NCBI GenBank assembly: GCA_965223905.1
Contig: CBDCXV010000011.1
Location: 1,888,001 to 1,952,000 of the forward strand
Source: Candidatus Latescibacterota bacterium
Lineage (GTDB): Bacteria > Latescibacterota > UBA2968 > UBA8231
Direction of reading: 5' to 3'
Length of the DNA stretch: 64,000 bases
The notes under the pieces were generated by a model. That model did no database searches. It was not told where the DNA came from and saw nothing but the letters and a program-made list of their open reading frames with translations. A program made the position numbers and the translations under genes. Shown one piece after another: positions 33,808-44,593 of the stretch. Numbering within the stretch: position 1 is the stretch's first letter; each line of letters starts with the position of its first letter.

Positions 33808-34923
33808 ATGGCGATTCAAGCGGCGGTGATGACGGAACCCGGCGCGGTCGAGGTGCGGGAGTTCCCGCGCCCGGATATCGCCGCGGACGAGCTGCTGCTC
33901 GAGATCGAGAGCACCGGCATCTGCGGCAGCGACAAGCACATCTACGCCGGCCACATGCCGTTGCAGTTCCCCCTCGTTCCCGGACACGAGCTGGTCGGCA
34001 GGATCGCCGAGCTCGGGTCGCGCGCCGCCGCGGAGATGGCCGTCGTCGGGGGACCCCTCGCCGAAGGGGACCGCGTCACCACCACCCCGAGCTCGACCGC
34101 CTGCGGCCGCTGCCACTACTGCCTCCACATGCCGCAGCGCCCCACACTCTGCACCGGGCGCTACGTGCACGGGTTCGTTTCCTGCGACCTGCCGCCGGCA
34201 CCGCGCGGCGGCTTCGCCGAGCAGATGCACCTGGGGCCGCGCTCCTGGATCTTCAAGATCCCAGACGAGCTGAGCTCGGACCGCGCCGTGCTCACCGAGC
34301 CGGCCGCGGTCGCCACCCGCGCCGTCGAGCGCGCCCTCGGCCCCGGCATCCCCCACATCGGAGAGGGTCTCGGCATGGACAAGTCCGTGCTCGTGCTCGG
34401 GGCCGGGCCGATCGGCCAGCTCGTCATCGCCGTCCTCGCCCACATAGGCACCGACCTGATCATCGCCTCCGACCTCAGCGCCTCCCGCCTGGAGATGGCC
34501 GCGGCGATGGGGGCGCACCGGGTCGTCGACGCCGCCGCCGATCTCGACGAGCGGCAGCAGGAGGTGCAGGAGCTGACCGGGGGGATCGGCCCCGACATCG
34601 TCATCGAGACGGCGGGGGTGCCCGTCGTCTTCAAGGAGTCCCTCGACCTGGTGAAGCGGGGCGGCATCGTCGTCGAGGTCGGCCACTTCACCGACCCGGG
34701 CGGCGTCGACATTCGTCCCAACACCATCTGCTTCAAGGACCTCGACATCCGCGGCATGTGGGCCTACCCGGCGATGCAGTTCAAGACGGCGCTGAGCTTC
34801 CTCAAGAACTCCGCCGCCCCCCTCGACCGCTTCATCACCCACCGGGTGACGCTCGCCGATACCGAGGAAGGTATCCGCCTCACCGGCAGCGAGGGTTCGA
34901 TGAAGGTGGTCGTCGAGCCCTGA
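33808..34923 (+). CDS. Zinc-dependent alcohol/sugar dehydrogenase (MDR family)
   Basis: GICGSD, PGHELVG, CGRCHYC...C structural Zn, LTEP, VLGAGPIG. Confidence 0.93.
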   Translation: MAIQAAVMTEPGAVEVREFPRPDIAADELLLEIESTGICGSDKHIYAGHMPLQFPLVPGHELVGRIAELGSRAAAEMAVVGGPLAEGDRVTTTPSSTACGRCHYCLHMPQRPTLCTGRYVHGFVSCDLPPAPRGGFAEQMHLGPRSWIFKIPDELSSDRAVLTEPAAVATRAVERALGPGIPHIGEGLGMDKSVLVLGAGPIGQLVIAVLAHIGTDLIIASDLSASRLEMAAAMGAHRVVDAAADLDERQQEVQELTGGIGPDIVIETAGVPVVFKESLDLVKRGGIVVEVGHFTDPGGVDIRPNTICFKDLDIRGMWAYPAMQFKTALSFLKNSAAPLDRFITHRVTLADTEEGIRLTGSEGSMKVVVEP

Positions 34924-35196
34924 TCCCCGGCCGCGGCGCGGCTGACTGCCATCTTCGCCGGGTGAACGCGGTTTCGCGGAGAAGGCGCGCCGCGACCTCC
35001 GTCCCTACATCATCGAAGCCTTGTCGATTCCCCGGACGACCCTTTCCTCGCGAAGGAAGGGTGACCACGACCGGATTCGACGCCATGATGGCCGACGCCT
35101 AACCGTGACTCATTGGACCGTTAGGCCCCCCGGCACTGGGAATTACCGATATTCCAAAGAGTAACTTCACTCTCGGATTTGAACCGGAATGGCGGC

Positions 35197-36840
35197 ATGC
35201 CCGGCCAACTGTTTACCCATTACTTCCTCACCGACGGCATAAAGACCACACCCGAGTGGCAAGTCTCGGTTGACCACCCCGAGGCGTTCGCCGCTTTCAG
35301 GAAGGACGTTGCCCGGCGGTACGAGACCCTCAGCCGTTCCGCGGACCCCAACGAAGCGGTCACCGAGCAAGACCTGATCCGGCCGATCCTCGAGTTGCTC
35401 GGATGGACCGATTATCTGCCACAGCAGGGAACGGCGGGCAGGGAGGACATTCCCGACCACCTGCTCTTTGCCGACGCCGGTTCCAAGGAGCGGGCCGCCG
35501 CGGAGCGAAAGCCAAGCGCCCGCGCTGGGCACGCGATCGCTGTAGAGGAGAGCAAGCGATTCGGCCTGTCTCTGGACGAGCGCGACTGGGCGGCCGGATT
35601 CCACGCCCGGTCCCCCCACAGCCAGATCCTCCGCTACCTGGCGACGGCCGAGATCGAGTCGGAGAGCCGCGTCCGCTGGGGCATCCTCACCAACGGCCGG
35701 GTCTGGCGTCTGTACGACTACCGCTCCCGCCCACGTGCCAGCGGCTACTTCGAGGCGAACCTGCCGGACCTGCTCGAACCCCCCGGGGAGGAGGACCTGC
35801 GCGTCTTCCATCTGCTCTTCCGCCGGGAATCCTTCACGCCGCAGGAAGGCGCCGCCGTGTCCTTCCTCGAAGCGGCCCTGGCCGAGGGCCTCCGCTACGA
35901 AGAGCAGGTCGCCCAGGATCTCTCCGGCGTGGTCTTCGAGAGCGTCTTCCCCGCGCTCGTCCAGGCGCTCGCCGACGCGGCGCAGAAGGGAGGCACCGAC
36001 GCCGGCCTGCCGGAGATCCACAAGGCAGCCCTGATCGTCCTCTACCGCCTGCTCTTCGTGCTCTACGCCGAGGACCGGGGCCTGCTGCCGGTCAACGACT
36101 CCCGCTACGACGACTACGGTCTGCGCAAGCGCATGCGCGACGACATCGCCCGTAGGATGGCAGAAGGGGACACCTATTCCGCGGTGGCCACCAACTACTA
36201 CGATCGCCTCCTCAATCTCTTCCGCATTATCGACCGGGGAGACCCGTCCATCGGCCTGCCACCCTACAACGGAGGGCTGTTCGCGTCGCAAGCCGCGCCG
36301 CTGCTGGAAACGGTGCGCCTCCCCGACGCCGAAGTTGCCCCGGTGATCTACGACCTCAGCCACGCAAAGGACCCGGAAGGAAACCGCCGCTTCGTCAACT
36401 ACCGCGACATGTCGGTGCAGCAGCTCGGCTCGATCTACGAGCGCCTCCTCGAACGCCAGCCGGTCCGCGAAAACGGGCGAATCGCCATCCGCCCCAACCC
36501 GTACGCCCGCAAGGACAGCGGCAGCTTCTTCACGCCCCAGGAACTGGTCGACCTGATCGTCGAGCGCACCCTCAAGCCGCTCGCGGAAGAGCGTCTCAAG
36601 GCATTCGAAGAGAAGGCCGCCGCACTCAAGAGGGACCGCCGGCCCAAGACCCAGCGCCAGGCCGAGTTGCTAAAGCTCGATCCAGCCGAGGAGGTACTGA
36701 ACCTCAAGGTCCTGGACCCTGCTATGGGCAGCGGTCACTTTCTGGTCACCGCGGTCGACTTCCTGTCCGACAAAGTCGCCGAACTGATCGAAACCGTCCC
36801 CTCGGTGCCGGGTAGTAGGGAACGGCTGCAACCAAACTGA
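35197..36840 (+). pseudogene. Truncated type IIG (Eco57I-like) restriction-modification enzyme
   Basis: N-terminal PD..EESK nuclease, WGILTNGRVWRLY, YRLLFVLYAEDR, YNGGLF, LGSIYERLL, RKDSGSFFTP, VLDPAMGSGHFL. Stops ~40 aa later with no NPPY motif IV or target-recognition domain. Confidence 0.8.
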
Positions 36841-36986
36841 CGGCCTTTCTTCGCTGGGCCAAAATGGCCAATCTTACAACAAACCAGGTAGATTTCGTGC
36901 TCCGGAAGGAGATCCCCTGGGATGATTAAAGTACCGGTGATCGAGTTTATAGACACGAACCCTCCCTTGCGGACTTTGTGATCATT

Positions 36987-37331
36987 ATGAATACCATTGA
37001 ATCCCCTGTCGACAAAGCCATTATCCAAACCGTGGCGCAACTGATTGCAGAACAGTTTGGTCCGGAAAAGATTATCCTTTTTGGCAGCCATGCTCGTGGG
37101 CAGGCTGGTATGCACAGCGATATAGATCTGTTGGTCGTGATGCGTGATGATGAAGGCCGGAAACACCCTGGAAATCCGATTCGCAGGGCGATTGCCGAGC
37201 GGTTCGTGCTTCCTGTCGACGTGATAATCAGCTCTCCGGAAGTCTTTGCCAAGCAGCGAACCAATCCATATTCGTTGATCCACAAGGCCCTGGAAGAAGG
37301 AGAACTGTTGTATGAGCGACCAACGGCCTGA
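36987..37331 (+). CDS. Minimal nucleotidyltransferase (MNT) antitoxin
   Basis: PEKIILFGSHARG..HSDIDLLVV, PVDVII. Low GC. Confidence 0.88.
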   Translation: MNTIESPVDKAIIQTVAQLIAEQFGPEKIILFGSHARGQAGMHSDIDLLVVMRDDEGRKHPGNPIRRAIAERFVLPVDVIISSPEVFAKQRTNPYSLIHKALEEGELLYERPTA

Positions 37332-37696
37332 ACAGGACTGGTTCCGAAAAGGAGATCAGGATCTGGAGATGGCTCGTCGGGCGCTGGGGCCGGGAAACCC
37401 CCTTGCCCGGGATGGCATGCTATCACTCCCAGCAATGCGCAGAAAAATACCTGAAAGGCTATCTGGTTGCTCACTCGGTCCCCTTTCGCTACGTGCACGA
37501 TCTTGTTTACCTCACGCAGCTTTGCACAGAAGGGAACCCAGTCTTTAAGGAGTTGATGCAGGCTGCTGAAATTCTAAATGAATATGGAACGGCAGTACGG
37601 TATCCGAGTGAGAGCTCAGTAGAACCTGACCTCAATGCGGCCGAAGAGGCGGTTCGTCTGGCCGAGAAGGTCGCCGCCCTGATAGCTCAGAATTAA
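37312..37696 (+). CDS. HEPN domain protein (MNT-HEPN pair; +1 C in run at 37398-37402)
   Basis: Joined frames: WFRKGDQDLEMARR..CYHSQQCAEKYLKGYL...RYVHDLVYL...RYP. Confidence 0.82.
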
Positions 37697-37766
37697 CCCC
37701 GACAGTTCGCTCAGTACCTCGCGAAAGACCCGGTACGGCGCGCCTTCGCCAGGCCGGCCACTGCCC

Positions 37767-39911
37767 TCATACCCAGGCGAACACCCAGTTTTCAGTGTGC
37801 CCGGTGAAGTAGTCGATGGTGAGCCAGAGGCCCATGGTCAGCATCTGACCGGCGATCATCCCCAGGAACACCCCCTGAGTGCGGCGGTAGAGGTTGACGC
37901 CTCCGTAACGGAGGACGATGACCTTGATGAGCCAGGCGACGAACACGCTGGTGATGGTGTAGTACATCAGGTCCACGGCCGCGATCGGGAAGCCGATCGG
38001 GTGCAGGGGCCACCACGGCAGGCGCTGGCGAGCCAGGTACAGCAGGGCCATGATGCCGCCGCCGCCGAACAGGAAGCCGATGCCCGGCCAGTAGATGCCG
38101 GCGGGCTCCAGGTTGCGCACGGCGCTGTCGTAGGCTTTGGCCGGTCCCAGGTTGAAGAACCAGATATCGAGGTTTACGCCTCCGTAGCGGTAGGCGACGT
38201 GGAAGATCATCCAGAAGGAGCCCAGGGTCCCGATCATCAGGGCCAGGATGAGAGCCAGGAAGACCAGCCGCCGGCTGCGCGCATCCATGTCCTCGATCAG
38301 CTTGAGGGCGTTCGTGCAGGTCGCCATGGCGAAGCAGCGGACCCCCTGGTTGGCCCAGATGTAGGCCATGGACAGGTTGAACACGCCGGTGGGACCCACG
38401 AGAGATGAACCGAGACCCATGACGACGAAGTCGGGGGCGTTGACGGGCGTCCGCAGCGTCGCCAGCCCGGCTTCGGCGATGATCCGGGTGATGCCGATGA
38501 AGATCGCCATGGCCAGGACGATGAAGAAGAGGGAGACCCACAGCGGTGTGCCCATGGTCCACAGCCACAGGGTCATTACCGCGATCCCCCCGAAGGCGCC
38601 GATCACGGCGCCGCGGTAGGAGAGGATCTCGTCCCGGTCGTCGACGCGGGGCGCCCGGCCCAGGGCCTTGAGCCAGACCGCCCTCAAGTGTTCGCGGGCC
38701 GTCCACAGCACCACCGCGACCAGCACCAGCAGGGCGCCCAGCCCCTCGTAGCCGACCAGGGGGGCGTCGTGCACGCCCTGCAGCACCTGCTCCGATTTGA
38801 TCCCGGCGGTGGCCAGCAGGCTCTTCTGGATCCTGCCGAGCAGGTAGAACACCCACAGGCTGCCGGATATCCTCGTGTCGATGAGGTAGGCGAAGCCGGT
38901 CAGGGCGAAGTCGACCTTGCCGGACGCGTACGGTATCGGCAGGCGCATGGACACCATGGGAATGGAGGAGTCGTAGTTCGACATCGCCCTCAGGCTGCCG
39001 GCGATGAACGGGACGGCCATGCCGATCCACACCGACGGACGCTTGAAAAAGCCGTTCACCAGACCCTTCTCCTCCTCGCCGCGGATCATGGCCAGACCGG
39101 CCTGGGCGATCGGATAGCTCAGGCGTTCCCGCTCCATCCACTGGCGCCGCAGGATCACGGCGATCGAGATCATGCAGACGTACAGCGCCAGCAGGAAGAC
39201 GGCCCACCACATCAGCGGCTCGACCCAGGCGCCGTAGGGGATGCTCTGGCCGGACTTGGAGATACCCTCGTAGAACAGGGCGTTCCCGGCGCCGTCGTCG
39301 ACCAGGATATTGTGCTCGGGAAAGTGGGGGAAGAGTTTCTCCCGCCACTGGTTCTCTGGCGAGGCGTAGTAGAAGATGGCGGTGAGAGAGGGCAGGATCA
39401 GCTCGGTCAGGCCCATCGTGCACACGGCCGAGACCATCGCCAGCATGGCATAGACCATGATCAGGTCCGCCCGGTTGAGGGCCAGGCTGCGACCGGACCA
39501 CGCCAGCGGCACGTTGGCGAGGGCGCAGATCAGCGCGAAGGTGGAGAAGATCAGCCCGGGCGAATGCGCATCGACATCGCTCAGAGGCCAGTAGGCGTAG
39601 AGCCAGGCAGCTCCCAGGGCGACGGCGAAGGCGAGCGCAGCCCCCTTGCTGCGCGCCGCCAGCTTGAAGGCCAGGTTGAGGATCCCGATCAGCACGACGA
39701 AGACGAAGATGGCCCCCGGGGTGCTGATGTCCGCGGCCACGTAGGCACCCTTGATGACCATGTTGCTGTAGGGGGCGCAAATGGCGAGGAAGAAGCTCAG
39801 GAAGCTCCCCACGCAGAACCCCCGCCACGTCAGGCGGTGGCGCGATTCGAGGAGGGGCTCGGAGCGCGAGCGCAGGTGCCGGCGGTAGATCGGGGGGACT
39901 TCCTTTTTCAC
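37767..39911 (-). CDS. Polytopic membrane protein, DUF6785/DUF6784-like putative peptide transporter
   Basis: GTG at 39911. IPYGAWVEPL..W, ILRRQWMERERLSYPIAQ, DEILSYR.A, RIIAEAG, WWPLHPIG, KVIVLRYGG..LYRR. Many TM segments. Confidence 0.7.
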   Translation of the reverse strand: MKKEVPPIYRRHLRSRSEPLLESRHRLTWRGFCVGSFLSFFLAICAPYSNMVIKGAYVAADISTPGAIFVFVVLIGILNLAFKLAARSKGAALAFAVALGAAWLYAYWPLSDVDAHSPGLIFSTFALICALANVPLAWSGRSLALNRADLIMVYAMLAMVSAVCTMGLTELILPSLTAIFYYASPENQWREKLFPHFPEHNILVDDGAGNALFYEGISKSGQSIPYGAWVEPLMWWAVFLLALYVCMISIAVILRRQWMERERLSYPIAQAGLAMIRGEEEKGLVNGFFKRPSVWIGMAVPFIAGSLRAMSNYDSSIPMVSMRLPIPYASGKVDFALTGFAYLIDTRISGSLWVFYLLGRIQKSLLATAGIKSEQVLQGVHDAPLVGYEGLGALLVLVAVVLWTAREHLRAVWLKALGRAPRVDDRDEILSYRGAVIGAFGGIAVMTLWLWTMGTPLWVSLFFIVLAMAIFIGITRIIAEAGLATLRTPVNAPDFVVMGLGSSLVGPTGVFNLSMAYIWANQGVRCFAMATCTNALKLIEDMDARSRRLVFLALILALMIGTLGSFWMIFHVAYRYGGVNLDIWFFNLGPAKAYDSAVRNLEPAGIYWPGIGFLFGGGGIMALLYLARQRLPWWPLHPIGFPIAAVDLMYYTITSVFVAWLIKVIVLRYGGVNLYRRTQGVFLGMIAGQMLTMGLWLTIDYFTGHTENWVFAWV

Positions 39912-40117
39912 GCGAGGCGCTTCAGCAGGTGAGGGTGGAGACGGCCTTGCTGACCATTGGCAGGGCGGCGCAGCGCGTGGCACTCCGATGTCGGCCCGGG
40001 CGCCCACCAGAACGGGAGAATCCCGGACACGCCGAACTGCCCGGCCTCGGGCGAGCACACGAAATACTGCCGCCACCGCAAATCGAGGAAGGCGCCCTCC
40101 TCTTCAGCCAATCGATC

Positions 40118-43100
40118 TCAACCTTCCCCCACGTCGGCCGCGGACGCGCTTTCCGCCAGCATCCCCTCGGCTGCCTGCCGGTGATGGGCCTTGGCCTCTT
40201 CGGTGAATGTGTGCCACAGCAGGAACTGCTTGCGCAGGGTGTTCATGAAGCGCGGGTTGAGCCGCCGCCAGGAGGCGGTCTCGCCGCTGACCCGCTCGAT
40301 GAAGACCTCCACCCGGTAGATGCTGGCCACGGGCGACGGCGTGAAGTCCAGCTGCAGGTACTGGCTTACCCCCATGTCGAAGGGCGCCAGCCAGGTCAGC
40401 ATTTGCAGGGAATACTCGCCGGCTCCGGCGCCCTCGGCGCCGGTGATGAGGCGGACCTTCTCGGCGTAGAAATGGCCGACCGAATCCTCGTTGTAGGACT
40501 CGAAGTAGCCGGCCAGGAATCCGCTCAGTCCCCGGACCTCGGGGGCACCGACCGTGAAGGGGAAATCGAACTCCCAGCGGTCGCCGTCCGGCGCGGGCGG
40601 TACCCAGCGTCGCACCGTGTCCGGCACCGCGATGCTGGCGGCGACCCGCGCCGGGTAGAGCGTCGACAGCAGCACCACGGCCATGACCATGAGGGCCGCG
40701 GAGATGGCCGCCGTCGAGGAGTAGTTCAAGTCCATGCCCTGGATGAGGCCGGCGCTCAGCAGCAGCTTGCCCATCCCCTGCCCCAGGATGTAGCCGAGGG
40801 TGACGCCGACGACGGCGTACACGCAGGCCTCGGCCACGAACAGCAGGGCGATGTGCATGGGCGCCAGCCCAACAGAGGAGTACACGCCGATCTCACGCCA
40901 GCGCTCGTACACGGCGCCCAGCATGGTGTTGAGGACGATGAGGGCGGCGATGAGCATGGGTACGAGCAGCGCCCCGAGACCTTCGATCGCGGTCAGGCCG
41001 ACGGACGTGAAGGAGGAAACCTCGACCTCACCGGTGTCGGGGTCGCGGATGGCGGCGAACAGGGTCACGGCCACGCGCGTCAGGAAGTCCTCCAGCAGCG
41101 GCCGGCCGTCGACGTCCTCGTCGAAGCGGACGCCGATGGAGCGCAGGGTGCCGCCTGCCACCCACACGGTTCCGTATGGCATGATCAGCACGTTGTCCGC
41201 CGGCACGTGCACGAACGGCTTGATCTGGTCCGGCGGCCCTTCTTCCTCGACCTCCATCGACACCTGCGTCCGACCGCCGAGCGTCCGGATGTCGGCGCTC
41301 TGGAAGTCAGCCGGGGTGAGCGGTTCCGCGTCCAGATCGCGGATGGCGGCCAGCTCGCGGGCGTCGAAGATGCCGCGGACGACGAGGTCCTTGCCGAACA
41401 CGCGCACGGTAGCCCGGCCCACATCCCCGACGCCGACGCCGGCAGCCGCGGCCATCTTCTCAGGAAGCAGGCACGTGCTCTCGTCGTCCCTTTCGAAGAA
41501 ACTGCCGGCGACCAGGGTTTCGTCGATACCGGTGACCTGCGTCTCCTGCGGCGAAAGTCCCAGCAGACCGCCGGCCAGAGTCGTGCCGGCCTTCCCCCGG
41601 ATTTCGATGTAGCTCTTCATTCCCTCCGCCTCGGAAACCAGCCAGTTGCGCGGGCTGACGACACCATGGGGGGCGAAGTGGGAGCGGGCGTAGTTCAGGG
41701 TCGGCAGCGACAGCTCCTTCCAGCCACGGTCGCGGATCAGCGTGCCCTCGTAGCGGGCCTCGTGCACGGTCGGAAAGGCGAGGAAGGCGAGCTGTTGGCG
41801 GAACGAGGTGAACGAGAGCACGGTGAACGTCAGCAGTGTCAACGTCACCAGGGTCAGAATCGTGCGCAGTTTGCGGCGCCGCATGTTGGATATGCCCAGC
41901 ATGAAGGCGGCGTAGGAGGCGCTGGCGCGGTTGATGTCGGCCCGGGGTATCCGGGAGGCGCGGGCCTGGAACTCCTGCAGGTAGTTGTTGAAGCGCGAGT
42001 GGATCATCGCGAACACGAAGGCGGCCATCGCCATGACGGCGAAGGCCAGCAGGATGACGGCCGGATGCGCGATGGCGAAGGCAGGATGCACCTGGGAGAT
42101 CAGCGCCCAGAGGATGGCCAGGATCAGGGCGAAACCGGACAGCTGCCAGCGGATGTCCGAGGCGGCAAAAACCAGACGCTCGCCGAAGAACGCGGCCGGC
42201 AGCACCAGCGCCAGGAAGAACACGAGCCCTTTGATGACATCATTCAAGGTGGCCATCACGTCCGGGTACGCCCGAGAGGTGATCCCCCTGGCCGCCCGCA
42301 CGTTGGCCATGAAGGCGTCCCACTCCTTCCTGTCGGCCGCTGCGGTTGCCCGGTCGATCAGCTCGCGGCCATACGCGTGCAACTCCGCCAGCCGCGGATT
42401 ATCGATGGCGTGCTCGCGCATGGTTGCCAGGCGCTCGTCGTTGAGCCGCCACATGTCCTGCACCGCCAGGTATTCGGTGCGCTCGAGCGGATCCCTGCCG
42501 ACGACGTAACCGGTGCCGCGCGCCTCGGAGCGGCTGTTGGTGAGGATCATGCTGTCCGACATCAGGTACACGAGGCTGTCGTCGGCAGCGGCGAACGCCA
42601 ACGCCACCGGCTCCAGGATTCCGACCCCCTTCGCCAGGCCGTATTCCTTGGGGGCGACGCCCGCGTGGGTCTGGATCCTGATGTCTTTCACGGCCGTGAG
42701 CGCTCGGGGGTCGATCAGGCCGAAAAACGGCCGCGACGTGCAGGGGAAGAGGACGAGTGTCTTGTGCGCGCTGGCGAAGCGGATGGCCTGGGCCATCTTG
42801 CCCTGCACCTTCTGCGCGCGCGCGCTGTTGTCGGGGCCGTAGAGGATGTCGCCGGTCTGCGGATCCACCACGTAGGCGCTGACCGGTACGGCCCCCAGGG
42901 GCAGGCCGGGAATGACGGCGCCCCCGCTTTCGTCAGTCAATTGGAAATGGAAGGCGCGCACCCCCTTGTGAGGTTTGTGGCCCAGACCGGCTTCGAGGCG
43001 GGCGGCGCCGGCACCCAGCGCCACGATGGCGCCCTCGATGACCCGGTCGGGCACCTGGCTGCGGCGCGGGAAGGCGCGCACGTCCACCATCAAGGTGCGC

Positions 43101-44554
43101 AGCTCGTCCTTGAGGACCGGGCCGAAGTCCTCCAGGTCGGAGAGCAGCCGGGGATCGTTGAAGCCGCTGGTGAGAATCTCGTTGAGGAAGGCGCTCTGCC
43201 GGGCCAGGTTGTCGAAGTCGACCGACTGCGGCCGGTCCAGGGGCGTGTCGACGGCGAAGCGGGCATCGCCGATGGTGACGAACGACAGGGCCACGAGTCC
43301 CGCCCCCATCGCCACCTGCCCGTCGACGGTGACACCGCCCGGCACGTAAGTCGACCAGTCGAGGCCCTTGATCGGGCTGATGCCGTTGACGAGGGCGCGC
43401 TCCGCCACCCGCCCCAGGCGCGGCGCCGCGGCCTCGGCGTAGGCGGTAAAGGCGCGACCGAAGGGGACGTAGAACCGCTTGATGTCGTAACGGTTGGTGT
43501 TGTTCCAGATGCCGAGCTGGTCGCCGCCGCTGCTAAGATCCAGGCTGATGAAGAGGTCCGGGTGCAGCGGTTTCTCCATCAGTGCGGCGTATTTCTCATG
43601 GGTGCGGGCGTGGCGGTCGAGGAAGTCGACGATCCCCCGCTGGGCGAGGAAGTGGGCGCTGGTGGCCACCAGCACCACGGTGCGCGCCGGCGGATGGCGC
43701 TGCAGGTGCCGGGCAAGCTCCAGCAGCGCGGCGATGCTGCCGGCGGTTTCCGCCGAGGGCGCGCGTGCCGGCACGACCGAGATGCCGTCGTAATAGGCCT
43801 GAACGACGATGGTTTCGTTCTCGAGCTCGGGGTCGTTGCCGGGGACCACGCCCCAGACGTTGCGGCCCGTTCGCGAGACCCAGTCCATGCGGCTCTTCAG
43901 GCGCGCCTCGAGCTGTCCGTCACCCACCAACGCCCTGAGGCGGGTGCCGTCGTCGGCATCAATCCAGAACCTGGGTATGTCGAGGGGTACGGAAACGAAC
44001 TTCGTGTTCGCCTCGCGCCAGGAGGTGGCCTCCGGCTCGATGAAGACGATGGCCCGGGCGCCGAGCGAGGCGACCTCCAGCCAGCGGTTTCCGGTGTTGA
44101 ACTCGAGCAGCACGATGCTGCCGGTCAACTCCTTGCCGTTGTATTCGGCCAGATGCCCCTGGCCACCGTAGATGAGGGGAGCGGAGATCCCGGGAGCTTG
44201 TACGGTGGGGGTACGCACATGGTTGGGCCACAGTCCGTCGAGGCGAAAGCGCTCTTCAGTCGCGGTGAGGGAGAGCTCGCCGCCGCGGTCCAGCGGCACC
44301 GTGAGTGGGTACTCCTCGCGGGTGACCTCCTGGACGCCGGCGGCCGCCAAGGCGTCCGCCACGTAGTCGGCGGCACGGTCGCTGCCAGGGTAACCGCTGA
44401 TCCGCGAGCCGACGGAGGCCATGAACTCCACCGTGGCGCGGATGCCCTCGACGTCCGCCCGGGCGGCAGTGCACAGCAACGGCAGCGCCGTCAGCCAGGC
44501 GATGCGAGCCAGGAGGCCGGGCACTGAGATGGGGGGAATGGAGAGGGAGAACAT
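40118..44554 (-). CDS. Large fusion: degenerate M28-peptidase-like domain + FtsX/MacB-like permease
   Basis: Signal peptide, SRISGYPG, NVWGVVPG..ETIVVQAYYD, IAALLELAR, LGISNMRRRKLRTILT, IVLNTMLGAVYERWREIGVYSSVGLAP (FtsX), STLYPA. Confidence 0.75.
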   Translation of the reverse strand: MFSLSIPPISVPGLLARIAWLTALPLLCTAARADVEGIRATVEFMASVGSRISGYPGSDRAADYVADALAAAGVQEVTREEYPLTVPLDRGGELSLTATEERFRLDGLWPNHVRTPTVQAPGISAPLIYGGQGHLAEYNGKELTGSIVLLEFNTGNRWLEVASLGARAIVFIEPEATSWREANTKFVSVPLDIPRFWIDADDGTRLRALVGDGQLEARLKSRMDWVSRTGRNVWGVVPGNDPELENETIVVQAYYDGISVVPARAPSAETAGSIAALLELARHLQRHPPARTVVLVATSAHFLAQRGIVDFLDRHARTHEKYAALMEKPLHPDLFISLDLSSGGDQLGIWNNTNRYDIKRFYVPFGRAFTAYAEAAAPRLGRVAERALVNGISPIKGLDWSTYVPGGVTVDGQVAMGAGLVALSFVTIGDARFAVDTPLDRPQSVDFDNLARQSAFLNEILTSGFNDPRLLSDLEDFGPVLKDELRTLMVDVRAFPRRSQVPDRVIEGAIVALGAGAARLEAGLGHKPHKGVRAFHFQLTDESGGAVIPGLPLGAVPVSAYVVDPQTGDILYGPDNSARAQKVQGKMAQAIRFASAHKTLVLFPCTSRPFFGLIDPRALTAVKDIRIQTHAGVAPKEYGLAKGVGILEPVALAFAAADDSLVYLMSDSMILTNSRSEARGTGYVVGRDPLERTEYLAVQDMWRLNDERLATMREHAIDNPRLAELHAYGRELIDRATAAADRKEWDAFMANVRAARGITSRAYPDVMATLNDVIKGLVFFLALVLPAAFFGERLVFAASDIRWQLSGFALILAILWALISQVHPAFAIAHPAVILLAFAVMAMAAFVFAMIHSRFNNYLQEFQARASRIPRADINRASASYAAFMLGISNMRRRKLRTILTLVTLTLLTFTVLSFTSFRQQLAFLAFPTVHEARYEGTLIRDRGWKELSLPTLNYARSHFAPHGVVSPRNWLVSEAEGMKSYIEIRGKAGTTLAGGLLGLSPQETQVTGIDETLVAGSFFERDDESTCLLPEKMAAAAGVGVGDVGRATVRVFGKDLVVRGIFDARELAAIRDLDAEPLTPADFQSADIRTLGGRTQVSMEVEEEGPPDQIKPFVHVPADNVLIMPYGTVWVAGGTLRSIGVRFDEDVDGRPLLEDFLTRVAVTLFAAIRDPDTGEVEVSSFTSVGLTAIEGLGALLVPMLIAALIVLNTMLGAVYERWREIGVYSSVGLAPMHIALLFVAEACVYAVVGVTLGYILGQGMGKLLLSAGLIQGMDLNYSSTAAISAALMVMAVVLLSTLYPARVAASIAVPDTVRRWVPPAPDGDRWEFDFPFTVGAPEVRGLSGFLAGYFESYNEDSVGHFYAEKVRLITGAEGAGAGEYSLQMLTWLAPFDMGVSQYLQLDFTPSPVASIYRVEVFIERVSGETASWRRLNPRFMNTLRKQFLLWHTFTEEAKAHHRQAAEGMLAESASAADVGEG

Positions 44555-44593
44555 CGGCCCGGCTGGCAGGCGACGCCGGCGCTGCACAGCCGC

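Noticed and set aside
39929-44527. Very long antisense or alternate-frame ORFs (e.g. 39929-44527 +, 19428-21806 -, 56229-58811 +, 8860-10923 -)
   Set aside because: These are shadow ORFs typical of high-GC coding DNA. They overlap genes with clear family motifs and have none of their own.
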